A stretch of 64,000 nucleotides of DNA, taken from Phoronis australis (lineage: Eukaryota; Animalia; Phoronida). The notes under the pieces are model-generated. The model did no database searches and was not told where the DNA came from. It was given only the letters and a program-made list of their open reading frames with translations. The translations under genes were made by a program, and so were the position numbers. Each line of letters begins with the position of its first letter. Within the stretch, counting starts at the first letter, position 1. Location of the stretch: NCBI GenBank assembly GCA_002633005.1, contig NMRA01000867.1:49661-113660 (forward strand), in the 5' to 3' direction. Positions 26,174-39,190 of this stretch are shown piece by piece.

Positions 26174-28088
26174 GTGCGTATTTCTGCCACCAGTTTCACA
26201 TTAATTAAAGGTGAATATACTCCTCTATGGCCCATAAAACATGAAAATCATGATAGGCTGATAAACTCTAACAAACAGGCCGGGTCTCAAGATTCATCAT
26301 GCCGTAATATTAATTGGATTCTACAATCAAACAGAACAAAGAAAACACTCCCACATTTGAAAGGTTGTGCCAACCCTGTCAAAATCGGTTGTTTTGAGTC
26401 TCTTTTACTTTCCGAAGATGCGAATGACGAACTTGTTTGGGGATTAGAAAAAAAAAATCATTTTTATCATGGTATGGACAGGTCTGATCCTATTTTTGCA
26501 GCCCATTCAATGTTATAAGGTTTAACAGGAAAGCATACCCATTTACAATGTAGTTTGCATACGAGTATGAGGAAAGAAATGTTTCTGAGGCTAATTTTCC
26601 CTTTCACTTCACCTTTGTTAAAAGCAATCTGCACTGATAAGGAAATTTTTATTGGTATGTGTATTTTATCCTCCGCCAAATGTTATATCTTAATGGCAGG
26701 CGTCTTTCCGTCCGACGGACGTGGATGCAGGTGTTCATATATATTCAAATGGGGTTTGGAACAAACTTTTGAAAAGCATGCTTTGTTTTCGTGTTGATTT
26801 CCATGCAACATGTATGAACATTCTCTTGAGTGCGCAACTCCTCCTAAGTTAAAAGGGGATTTCGACCAAAATTTCTGGGATTGATACTATTTTCCGAATG
26901 TGGCCATTCTTGATTTCCCCTCTTCCGCCGTGTACGCAAATGCTCTTCAGCCCGTAGCTCCTGCATTTCAAAGGGAATTTCGGCTAAACCTTCAAAAATG
27001 TTAACTGCCGTTGCGCATATTGCCAGTATTCAGGGATTTGGTCTTATTGTCCGTGCTTGGATCGTTCTTGATTTCCACTCTTCCGTCGTGCAGGGAAATG
27101 CTCTTCTGCGCGTAGCTCCCGCATTTCAAAGGGAATTTCTGCCAAATCTTAAAAAATATTACTTGGTAAGCGCCGTAGAGCACATCCTCTGCATTTTGAA
27201 ATTTGACTTTTTACCGGAATATTGTTCCGCCGTGCTTGAATTTTAATTATCCCTGTACTAAATTGCTCTTCTGTGCGCAACTCTTTCATTTCAAAGGGTA
27301 TTTGATAAAAAAATTTGAAAAGTTATTGCTTTTGAAGTGCTGTCTAGGATATTGTCGGCATTTTGCGATTTCACCGTATATTCCTGAATTTTATCCCGTT
27401 TTTTTTTTCGGGAAATGCTCTTGTGTGAGAAACACAATACTGGACAATGTATCGACATAAACTGTCGCCGTCCGCGGCTGTAATTGTACCTGCTTTTCCT
27501 AATTTGAGGCTGGTTCGAAGGTGCTTTGTGTTAGTTATGGCATCTTCCAACCAACTCTAAATTAAAAAAAGCAGATTTATATAAGGGGTCGCGTAAATGT
27601 TGGTAAAAACGAACTCCAAGACACTAATTGCGGCCTGCGCTTCTTCACTTCCACCCGCTATCGTCAATCTGATCGGGGCGACAATTTATGCCACTGCTAA
27701 TTAACGGCCTAAATGGTCACCTGGGCGACAATGTATACCAATGACTAAAAAGTTTATGTCGTACCATCCTGGAAACTTTGGGCTCTAGAAAATTCAGATC
27801 CAGGGGAAAATGCAAGCTTTTATTATAATGTGTAAATCAAACCGTTCAGTTCGAGGTACTAAATGTTGTTTTTATGTCGAAGCGTAACTCCCCGTGAGGA
27901 ATCTTTTTACGGTTAGAGAAGTGTGATCAGTGGAATTGGAAACTTGCCAGCTTGTAAAATGTGTTGAAAAGTTTGGCGAGGGTGATCAATTTTTGTGGTT
28001 TTGGATAACCAGCTAATGAGTTAAGAGCAGTAAAGGCATTCTCCGCTTTCCCTGTCTCTAAGACGTTAATGTTCCTAACTACTTCCAG

Positions 28089-28687
28089 CATGGGTTGGTT
28101 CTTTGTCCGTTGGAATCATCTTTTTATTCTCACCTGTGGCAAGCATCCTTGTGGACAAGTTTGGAATCCGACCAATCGCGTTCATCGGTGCTATCCTCAA
28201 CACCGTCGGACTTCTTGCCAGTTCATTCGTCAACCACCTGGGTCTTTTGTATCTAACGTATGGAGTACTTCGTGGACTTGGCACATCACTGATATACGGG
28301 CCTTCATTGGTAATTTTAGGGCACTACTTTCGAAAGAGACTGGGTGTCGTTAACGGTATTGTCACCGCTGGCAGTTCTGTGTTCACGGTTACCCTACCGT
28401 TAATCTTAAAGTCTTCGTTAACAAACATAGGACTGGGACACACACTACAAGTCTTGACTGGCATAAGCGCACTGCAAGTTGTATGCACACTCACATTTAA
28501 GCCCCTGATAAACCACAGACGGAATCGTGATACGCAACCTGGCACGCCACATAAGGAACCTCTCAATGTTCGGGTGTGCCTCAAAAACTTGTTGAACACC
28601 CAAATATGGAAAAACAAGAGTTACGTCATCTGGCTAGTGTCTATGATTATAACAGCGATAGGAGACTACTTCTTGTTTGTTCACTTG
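28089..28687 (+). CDS. SLC16A10: MCT copy B, exon 2
   Basis: Acceptor ACTTCCAG; same length and frame as copy A; donor TTG|GTGAGT. Confidence 0.92.
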
Positions 28688-29054
28688 GTGAGTAAAACAT
28701 TCTTTTAGTCATTATTTACAAAGTCATGAGACAGGTTCCAATCACAATATTTAAAGAGAAATGTTTGCGATAACCCCAAGAATGGGTGATATGGTCGACG
28801 CCGTTTTGTGTCATGTTCCAGGGTCCCACTTAAGGCAACTATATGTATAGTTACCTCAATTAGTTATCATGATTAGTAATCTGTTCCGTCGTCTTGCAGT
28901 GCTTAGATGGGCAATGTGTCACTGTAATTTTGTAATTCAACTATATTCGATGTTATAAGAACATTATAGGTACGAGAAAAGTCAGTTTCTGAGATCAGTC
29001 TCGACGTAGAACGGAATCTGCAGCTTACACGATATTAATTGCACAGTGGTTTAA

Positions 29055-30931
29055 AGGAGAATGCCACCCAATAAACAACCTATTTTGTATCAATTTAGAT
29101 TGATCAGTTCCACCCGATAACAGCAAGAACCAATGACGTCAGAGGTTCGAACAGTGTGTTCAGCAGTTCACATCTCGCTTACTGGTGCCAGCTTATCGCT
29201 TGAATTCATCGTTTTACACCAATAAATCATAAAAATGCGATATGAAACCCTTAAAAATAAATCGAGTTATTAAACAGACGTGTTATTTCATTTTGCTGCT
29301 ACGGATTTTAAGTATTTGAACGTACCATAGCCTACAAAGTTCGGTAGGCCTAGTAGGGCCGATACCGCAAAGTCGGTCGCGGGAGTTTGGGGTCTGTTTG
29401 GTGATAAATTCAAATCATTGTTCCGTGAAATACAAACAGAAGAACATAGTTGCATGTTTAAGACCTGCGATTTTTCAGTCCTAAACACACAAAAAGCTTG
29501 CTATTCCGGCCAGTGGCTCGAAACCGCGGCCGGACTGAAGACATCACGAACACAAACCAGCCAAAGTTGGAAACTAAACTTCCAGTCACATAAAGACTAT
29601 ACTAGTGAGCCAAAGAAAAAATGTGCATGTGATTATTTTGTGAATTAGTTGCGAAACTGCCACAGAACCGTCAGGTTAAAAGTTATACTGTAACAATGGT
29701 TCGAATAATGTATAAGAATATCTAAAAAAAGATTCCCGTAACATCTGACCATAGTATATAAAATCGAGTTATTGTTTCACAACAGCTTTCTGTCAGCAAA
29801 CACTGAATTTGCATACGCTCACATGGCCTCGGTGCCCGCGGTCAATTAGCCGGTTTATTGCACCTAAAGCCGGTTCATTGCTGGCTTCTCAAAACATTTA
29901 CACTCACAAACACTCCTAGGCATTACAAATTGTATCTAATGTGACAGACTTTCAGTTTGATATAAGCATTGGTTTGGGGTGATAATAATTCATTTTGAAA
30001 CAGAACGCACAATATATAATTAGCGTCAACGTGGCAACTCGCAATCCAGACTTAGACGAATGGAGTGCTCATCCGACGGAGACTTCACAGGTCGATTGTT
30101 AGGTTTCAAAGGTATACACTGATCAGGAAATGATAGAGAGGCTCCGTAAACGTGCACAGACAACGGAACATATGAATAGTTCCGAAAATCGTTTGAACTT
30201 GTCATGATGTCAGTGATCTAACTACGATACCGGAACGACTGACGCTTCCATTTGCTGCCAGGAAATTCCGCAAGTGAAACGAATTCTTGGAGAAGCGCAG
30301 ATGTGTCTCACGGACCATCCTGATTTTGCACCGCATCTAAAAAAAGTGTACTTACGATGTTTTTAGGACTGAAAAAAGAAATGGCGAAAAAACATCCTAC
30401 ACTCAAAGCCGGGATCAAACAGAAGCTTTTTAACGAACAAGCCAGTCATCAAACAAGTAATATAAAACGTTATGTTCTCGCGCCTTGAATTAATTGTAAT
30501 CGTTTATATTTTCATGGAAAACTACAATTCTCCATAATCAAAAACTGAACAACAACCGATCCTACGAAGTGCAGGTCAATGACAGACCCGCGGAGAAGTT
30601 TCGCGGCTTTATCCTTGGTATTAACGGCGTACTTTTCATTCTTCACTATCGCGAGCCACTTCCGAAGCGTTATGGGCTCTCAAGGAAATCGAAGAAACAA
30701 TATACCTGCTTTCCTCGCAGCTTCATAGTTCGCACAAGCGGGAACGATACACCACACCATAGCAGCACTCACTCTGCCGAAGAACCACTGATGTCGCTGC
30801 GTCGTTTCTCACCTTCCTCACAAGTTAACGCGACACCTCTCGCCGAGGTAAGATCGACCGTATACGAGGTGATACGGATATAGACCAATTCAGACTTTAA
30901 AAAGACTAATTAAATCGGGTGGCATTCTGCT
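29055..30931 (-). mobile_element. Kolobok-type DNA transposon (decayed) in MCT-B intron 2
   Basis: TTAA on both sides; TIR AGGAGAATGCCACCC / GGGTGGCATTCTGCT. A THAP remnant lies on - at ~30575-30760 (VPACANY...FLRFP...LRKWLAIVKNE), and a convergent P2X7-ballast-like remnant lies on + at ~30180-30370. Confidence 0.85.
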
Positions 30932-31390
30932 TTAAGCTCATTTAACTGGTGAAGTCGCCAGCCTTGATTTCGGCGAATATCTATTTGTATTAAAATCGTA
31001 AAACACAAAGGATTTTGTTATATTCAAGCTTTTGGAAAAGTTTATAACTTCAAGAAGTCTATCTCAACCAAGAACAATAATCCCCAAAATGCTTTTGGCT
31101 GAATACGTTATAATAAAATTGCTAATAACACTGGAGTGTTTTGTGATTAAAAATTTAAGCTTGTGTTTTATGTTTTCAATTTTCAAACAATAAATAGTGT
31201 TTGTGGTTTTTTGGTAAAGATAAATACTCTGTTATCACATCGAAATTGCCTCCAAAATGAAAGATATTTATTCTTATCATGTAAACATTTGTAAACATCT
31301 GTTAGGTAGGCTTGTGTTATCTTGTAGTTGAAAACTTGGGAATATTTTTAGAAACGGATAGCTTAATTTGTGATGTGCATTGTTTGGCAG

Positions 31391-31757
31391 ATTAAACATG
31401 CAAGAGACATCATGCCTGGGAAAGATGGCGAAATTCTTCTGGTGGGTATCGGAGTGGCTTCCGGAGTTGGACGTTTGGGTTCCGGAAAGCTGTCAGATAC
31501 CAAAGTCATCAATCGTCTTCAGCTTCATCAGTTTGCCAATGCTGCTATGGGCATTGCTGCAGCCACAGTACCATTTACTACCAGTTTCGAAGTGCTACTG
31601 ATTCTGACAATGATATTGGGGTTGTTTGATGGCGTTATAGCATGTTTATTCGCACCAATAGCCTTCGATCTCGTAGGGCAAAAGGAGGCAGCACAAGCTG
31701 TTGGATTTCTATTCGGCATTCTGTCTCTTCCACTTCTAGGTGGGCCGCCACTTGCAG
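31391..31757 (+). CDS. SLC16A10: MCT copy B, exon 3
   Basis: Acceptor TTTGGCAG; GVGRLGSGKLSD...GLFDG...GPPLAG; donor G|GTATAA. Confidence 0.92.
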
Positions 31758-32453
31758 GTATAAGGCAATTGTATAAACACAACACTAAAATAATTAGGAA
31801 GATTTTTTCTTTTATTTTCAGTTTAAAAGATGCTCTTCCCTGTGCATTCATCAATTTAGAAAACAAATGAGTATCGTTAGTCGGAAGATATTGTTAAAAT
31901 ATAAACGTTTCCCTCGCAACTTTCATCCCTGTTTGCTGTTGCCTTATTTTTCTATTAAATGCTAGTTTTTAAAAAGCAAACATGGAAACGTCATAATATA
32001 TGGCGGCAGTTGAATAAGTACCCATAATGAATGAGTCAGCAGCTATCAATCAATACGGTGACCATTTTAGGTGGTGGTGTACCATAAAAATTAAATTAAA
32101 ATATTGATAATCAATTCATTTAAGTTTGAAAAGCCTTGGTTTTATGTTGTTGAGCGTTATCTGGGTTACGGTTTCGACTGAACTAAGTTGATTTAAAATC
32201 CGTTTTTCCAAGATTTTAACTAAGATGAAGCGGAAATTGTATCTTTTAAGCGTTGTATTGAGTGCACAGTCTAGAAATGATGTGTTGGAATTATCCCAGT
32301 AAGTAGCAGTTTTTGTATGTTTTCACAGACTTGGCAATTTTGCTCAAGTGAGAGTTATTATTTTTCAGAAATAGTTCTGTGGAGCCCGAGATTTAAGTCA
32401 TTTTTTACGAAACAGGTCGTTGTAGCCCTGAACTTCTAATGTGCTGTTCTTAG

Positions 32454-32564
32454 GTTTCTTGTACGACCTTACGGGCAACTATGACATAGCTTTCTGGGCA
32501 GCAGGCTGTGTGCGACTCCTTGGCGCGAATGTTATGTTCTTGATTCCCGCCATAAAAGAGGTAG
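32454..32564 (+). CDS. SLC16A10: MCT copy B, exon 4 (3' boundary uncertain)
   Basis: Acceptor GTTCTTAG; GFLYDLTGNYDIAFWAAGCVRLLGANVMFLIPAIKEV; the homologous donor reads GCATGA. Confidence 0.8.
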
Positions 32565-33221
32565 GCATGAGGATGTCTTCGATATAGCTGCTTTGTGTAA
32601 TTTGTTTTGGGATTTTGGTGAGGAAAGATTATTGAGTTCGATACTAGTAACTAGTATACTGATGATGGGTGGCGGGGGAGGGAAGAAATCACATATAATG
32701 AGAGAACTAAAGAGGGGAAGCCTTAATGTGTAACTTTTGACTAAGGTTATGAAACACCTTTCCGGCAAGTCTGTGATTTAACAAAACATCCGGAAAAGTA
32801 TCAATTTTAACTCAGTAAACTATATATTTTCTGAAATTAGAAAGGCTGCGAAATTTGTTTTTAATTGGGTCACATGTAAAATTTAGCAAAAAGGTACATT
32901 GATAGCAACATGATCAAATTTTATTTTGATATAAATGTTCAAGATGGGATTTCAAAAATGCTGTTACGATTTTTTAAAATATTATTTCGTTTTCCTTTCA
33001 TCAACTTTAAATATTTTTTATGAAAATCACAAAAGTACTATTTTGATAGCTCCTCATCTTCCTTATCGAAATTCTCAAATCTACGAAACTCTACCGGTAT
33101 TTATTTATTTATTAATGTAATGTTTGCAATGAGGGTAGCCCCATCAGTTCACACTGCTTTCCATGGGGGCCCTCAATAAAAACATACAGATATTCATCAT
33201 AAAATATATCACAGTTTCAGC

Positions 33222-33765
33222 AGGTTTCTGATGCTGGCGCGCACATCCCAGATTGGGTTTTGTAGGTCACAGGCCATTTATTAACATGGAATTGTTTATT
33301 GTGGTACCTCGAGTGTATGAGCTATCTCCTTTTTGTTCGTCGTTTTTGAGTTTCTGGCGTACCCTTTCCAGAGGACAATTTGTCTGTTATGTGTCATTCG
33401 GTGTTCATTGCGTTACGATTGTTGATTTTACAGTGTAAGTTAGTTTTAGCCTGTACCTCGAATACCTAATGTAGCTCAAACTTTCAATGACATTTTGAGG
33501 TTTCTGGCGGGCGCAACCCAGAGTGTATTTTGTCTGTCGTGCAGCATTTAGTATTCAGTGACATATATTGAATCATATGGAATTGGTTTTTGTGGTACCT
33601 CGAATGTATAAGCTAGCTCATTTTCTGGGGGTCCTTTTTGGTTTCTGCCGGACCCATTCCAGAGGACAATTTGTCTGTCATGGGTCATTCGGTGTTCATT
33701 GCGGTACTATTGTCCGTCTAAATCAGTTTTGGCCGTTACATCGAATATTAATCTAGCTCATCTTT
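33222..33765. repeat. Degenerate tandem/satellite-like repeat (~300 bp dimer of ~150 bp subunits)
   Basis: ATGGAATTG..TTGTGGTACCTCGA.TGTAT.AGCT and TCCAGAGGACAATTTGTCTGT..GTCATTCGGTGTTCATTGCG each occur twice, ~290 bp apart. Confidence 0.7.
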
Positions 33766-35426
33766 GCCCCCTGGTAAGGTCCCCATGGCTCACACGCAGA
33801 GCGCAGAGAACGGCAGACGTCCATTTCCGTATATACTGAGGTGGATACTAAGTACTCCTATGGTCAGATGATGGTACCTTGTTCTTCATCTATGCTAAGT
33901 GTTCTGGGCTGCCGGTCTAAAGTCATTTTCTTGTAATATCTGGCATCAAAAGCAATATCAACCGACTATTCCTGCTTTTGATAACTTCTTATCAATGTTT
34001 TCTTTTCTCGTAAATTGTTCCTTTGCCGAACTATTTTTGGGGCACTCACGAAGTGCTGATTGGCAGTTCTGAGGTGAGCCGACTCGTGGTCGAGACGGCC
34101 TCACCCACCAGGTGACTGACTAACGATAGGGATGGTGGTAACGATGTTGAAGAAGCATTCAAACATAATTTCAAATTTTCCTTTTTTTAAGAGGTTCTAA
34201 TATTGTTGTCAATGTCGCACGTATTGCTTTTCAAGATATATTGTCTGATGGTAGTTTTGATACGGAATATGAAGATAACTAAGGATTTTAATTTCGTTCC
34301 ACCAATCTTTGGCTTGATATAATGATAAAACAAATGCCACTTGCCTGCCGTATTGCCTGTCAGCTTCGTGATGTTTTACAGTGGTCACCCAAATTAGAGT
34401 AGTCTCACATAATTTGTTTCTAGCTACCTTCTGCTCTCCGTGATGTTGAAACAATTAACGTGGCGGATGAAGACTTAGAAGGTACAGGTATGTTGAATTC
34501 AATAATTGAAAGTTAGAAAGTACACTTTTGATTATCAAGTCACTGATTACTCGTTCTTTAATATTAAAAACATATCACATTTTATTGCTGATTGAAATTG
34601 CCATGTATTAATAACAAAAAAACAACTTCAAAGTCCATGAAACGCCATCTTTTGAAATCATTGTTTTAGTTCACATTTACTGAGGCAGGAACCTTTGTTT
34701 TGTCTCTTTAATAGAACGAGATAACATTCTTCATCTCACATGATAACACAGTGCATAACCGGAGTTGATTGCTTCAACTCGGGATGATTTATCTCGGCTT
34801 CAAAACGCCTACGTATTTAAGCAATTTGTTCTTCATAGTTTTGAACTCCGTTGGGCAAACAGAATGCAACTATAATTGCTAAAGCCAATTTGCACCAATT
34901 AATACATTGCCAATGTACCCATGAGAGGCAAACTTGGCAATCGTAGTTGATACTCAGTTGGTTAGGATCTATGCAGTAATGTCCATAAGTATCATTTGAG
35001 AATTAATTGGCCAAGCACGAATGGGTTAACTACTCAGTTAAACGCAAATTAATATCGTCCTGAGCGCCACCGGATCCCAAAAACAACACAACCATTACTA
35101 GAATCGTTAGCAAGGCCATCTTTGAACTTGAAAAATCTACTCTCAGCGCCCCCTACTGAACTTCACTCTATTGGCCCAGGCCAAGACAGCACATATTTAG
35201 GGGCTCCCTGTTTTGAAGTATCATTCGGGTACGCTCATTTGAATCCAAGCTCAAGTTTTCCGGAGTAAATTGATTCAGACGACAATTTTTAAGGAGTGCA
35301 AAACTGTATCATTTCTCCAAAGATCCCTCTCTAGCAAGGGATAATTGAGTTATCTGTCTCTATGTCGATAACATCGTCAGGCCGGGAGTACGTTTTTTGT
35401 TGACCGTGTGCAGCTGTACGTGTTAA

Positions 35427-36880
35427 AGGAGAATGCCACCCGATCTAATTAGTCTTTTTTACCGTCTTAATCGGTCTATATCCACATCGCTTCTTATACA
35501 GTCGACCTCACCTTGCCGAGAGGTGCCGCGTTAACCTGTGAGGAAGGTGAGAAACGACGCAGCTAGTGAAGATGCGAAGAAAGCGGGTATATCGTTTTTT
35601 TGACTTCCTCGAGAGCCCGAGATGCTTAGGAAGTGACTCGCGATAGTGAAGAATGAAAGGTACGCTGTTAATAGCAAGTATGAGGCCGTGAAACATCGCC
35701 GTGTCAGTGGCCGGCATTTTGTCGACAGAGTGATTTCTCTGACGAATTCCGGCTTACCAAAGAACTATACATACGTTTCGTTGCCTGTGCATGTTCACGG
35801 CGCCTCTCTACGTGAAGTCTTCGTCAGATGAGCTCTTGACTAAGTCATCGGGATTGGCGCCGGGCCAGATGCCACGTAGACGTTTATTATTCTGCGTTCT
35901 CTTTCAAAAAGAATTATTCTCATCCTAACCAATGCATATATTAAACTGAAACAAAGTCTGTATCATTAGATACAATTTGTAAATATGCCTTTGCAGTAAT
36001 CGTGAGTGCAAATGTTGAGAAGCCAGCAATGAATAAACCACTGCCGGCTTTCGATGCCGGCAATAATTGTCCGGGGACCGAGGCCGTGTTAGCCCATGCT
36101 AATTCAGTGTTTGCTGACAGAAAGCTGTTGTGAAACAATAACTCGATTTTATATCCTATGGTCAGATGTTAGGGGAATCTTACAAATACATTATTCAAGT
36201 CATTGTTACTGTACAACCTTTGCCCTGACGGTCTGTGGAAGGTGAACCCGACTTCGCGGCCCCCGACAAGTGAGTAGATTTTCCGTTTCGTGGCTAATTC
36301 ACATTTATAATTACGTGCTCATTATTTCTTTGGCTCACTATTATAGTGATAACGGGATAACGAGTCAGTCCGGTCGCGTCGGGCCTGATCGGGTTCCGAG
36401 CCACTGGCCGGGATAACAAGCGTTTTGTGTGTTTAGAAGTAAAAAAATCACAAGTCTAAACAACACAGATCTAGGTTCTCCTGTCTGTATTTCACGGAAG
36501 AATACTTCGAATTTATCTCCGAACAGACCCCTGGCTGCCGAACTTTGTAGGCTACGGTGTGTCTAAATACCAATAAATCCGTAACAGCGAAATAAAACAA
36601 CACGCTTTTATAAGAGCTCGGTGTATCTTTAAGGGTTTCACATCGAATTTTTAGATGATTTATTGGTGTTAAACGATGAATTCAAGAGATAAAGTGACAC
36701 CTGTAACCCCTGTTGTGAACTACTGAACAGACTGCGTGTGAAACCAATGACGTCATTGGATAATTTCAACACCTCCGTCTGCCGTCAGATGTCAGGTAAC
36801 GCAACCGAACGTGCCGTTATCGAGTAGAACTGCTCGATCTAAATTGATACAAAAAGGTTGTTTTTTGGTGTCATTCTCCT
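35427..36880 (+). mobile_element. Second copy of the same Kolobok family, opposite orientation, internally deleted, in MCT-B intron 4
   Basis: TTAA-AGGAGAATGCCACCC ... GGTGTCATTCTCCT-TCAA; reverse-complement similarity to 29055-30931; THAP remnant ...VKNERYAVN...RRVSGRHF. Confidence 0.85.
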
Positions 36881-37909
36881 TCAAACGGATTAAAAGGGCT
36901 CAAGGTGCATGTACTAGCAATCGTAAATAAACATTTCGTGGATTTCTGGAACGCAAATTTAATCCATGATCTGTGACAGGCTACACCTGGAATGAACCAG
37001 TCACGTTAACACGACTGAATAAATCATGAAAAGTTCTTAGGACAGGTCCCCCAATACCCGCGTGGTGCATCCGAATCACTCGTGCTCCCCCGGTTGTCCG
37101 TGAGGTACATGTAAAAGGGTCACCTCTTCGGGATTTACCTAAAATTCCATACCGTTAATCACAGATTTGAAAAAATCTAGCAGCAACTTAACAACTGGCA
37201 GCCAATCCAGAGTTCGTGTGCCTCTAGTTTTCATGTGTTGCCATTTGATGACCCAACACATCAAGGTCATTTTAAACAACGGTCTATTTACATGTTTATG
37301 TATCAACGAAAATCGTATTGTTCATAAATGATTTTTACTATTGCAAGCTAATCTGGTAAGAAATTGACCATGATCCAGCGCAGACCAAAATTCAGCAAAA
37401 TCTTTGAATTCCCGAGCTTCTACCCAAACAGTAAAACGAACTACTGTAGTTTTTGCCAATTTCAAAATAACCCTCAAATGAATTGGTGTTTCGATGAATT
37501 TTGACACTTAGAGCGATGGTATTCAGGCAGCTCAGTATCCTTTGCCCGCCTCCGGGAGACATACACCTGAAACTCGGGTACCCATTTTCAATAAGCGATT
37601 TCGAAGCAACTCCTTTGGCAGTGTACCTGGGACCTCGGAGCCGCACCCTTTCAAAGTCAACCCTTCAATCCATGCCGTGAAAAAGTGAATTTTTTTTAAG
37701 CCGGAGCCAGACCGTAATGGAAGAAATCTTGAGTACCTGAAGGGTCCGTTGACCATGGAGCCACCAGAGAAAAAACACGATGTTAAATATAACCAGAATT
37801 ACGGAATTAGGCCATCAATTTAAACTACATGTAAAAGGACTGGTACAATTTATGGGAAGTAGGTACGCACAAATAATTTGGGAATTGTGCACTCATGCAG
37901 ATCCATGAC

Positions 37910-38700
37910 CTTCAAAATATTTATTTTTAAAATAACTTATAACAGAAGATAATGGATGGGTATTTTTGAGAAACACTTACTGGAAGGTTATTAATGATAT
38001 TAAGTAAAGCATTAAGAACTGAATCTTTTGCAAATTATTAATACAACGAGGAGTGTGTACAAGATGTCGTTGCCTAGTGTAATGTTCATGAACAGACACA
38101 GGGGTTATTAAATTGAACGTGTCAAAAAATGAAGGTAGATAACTATGAACGTATTTATAGAAAAAATTGATAATATAGCAACAGCATACAAGTCCTTTAT
38201 TTTGAGTTTCTGTGTAGTCCTAAATATAGGATCTGTATGGGCATTAAAACAACTAGAAGTAATACGAATAACCTTTTCCTGTAGTTTAAATATTCTATGA
38301 TATTCATACCCCATAGCAAAATGCCTTCATTATAATAAGGAAGATAAGGCCGTTTTATAAAGTTTTCCAAAATTTGAATGGCAAGAAATTTCAATGTTAT
38401 AAAGAACACCACAGAATCTGCTTATCTTTCTCAACACATTGTTTATGAGTGGAGTGCATAACAGGTTTTCTTTGATGGTTACAACTAGTAAATTGAATGA
38501 ACTAACACTTTCAATTTCCAAGTATTAAACTTCAAATGAAAATCATCAACATATTTTGGGAGTTTATGAAGAACCATGTATGTTGTTTTCGTTGCGTTTA
38601 AAACCAGTCCATTTACATTTAATCAAGACTGAAGGGACGTAATTTTTGGTGTTGCAATGAAGAACTGACGTTTCGTTATTCCTTAAATTTCAGGTCAGCA
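37910..38700 (-). mobile_element. CR1/L2-group LINE ORF2 remnant (shorter piece at ~18180-18400 in unit A)
   Basis: LNVNGLVLNATKTTYMV, IESVSSFNLL..TIKENL, KISRFCGVLY, GILLWG, IFKLQEKVIRIT...AHTDPIF. Confidence 0.8.
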
Positions 38701-38938
38701 TGGTGACCTTCCTGAAATTTCATGATTTTTTCCGAACCCAAAGATAACTTCTAAACCGGTTAAGGTACAAAATATAACCAATTTTACGGTATGCGGCCTA
38801 GATCAAAACCATCTCCTTAGAGAAATCACGGATCTAATGCCTCTTTAAAAGGCAAAACAACGGGCTCCAACCAGTCAAAACGCAAACTAAATCTGTGGTT
38901 TTCAAATATAGCGCTGGATGTACGGTACTTTTTTACAG

Positions 38939-39120
38939 GTGATGACGTGCGTGACTCCAACTTAATATCGACAGAGACTGGTGAAAAGAGGCTGAATCGA
39001 AGACGTAATGGAAATTCAACAAGTGTCATTTTTGCATCAGATGCATCACCAGAAAGTAGCAACAATAGGCCTGAGAAAATCCCAATGCTTGATGAAAACA
39101 GTTATGACACTAGCGTGTAG
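38939..39120 (+). CDS. SLC16A10: MCT copy B, probable exon 5 (ends -DTSV*)
   Basis: Acceptor CTTTTTTACAG; open frame colinear with copy A exon 5, with the same stop. Confidence 0.55.
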
Positions 39121-39190
39121 AAACATGTCTAATCAATTTGAAGAAAGGTGAATGTTGCACCACTCGATTTGCACCGTCCGAGTGCATACA

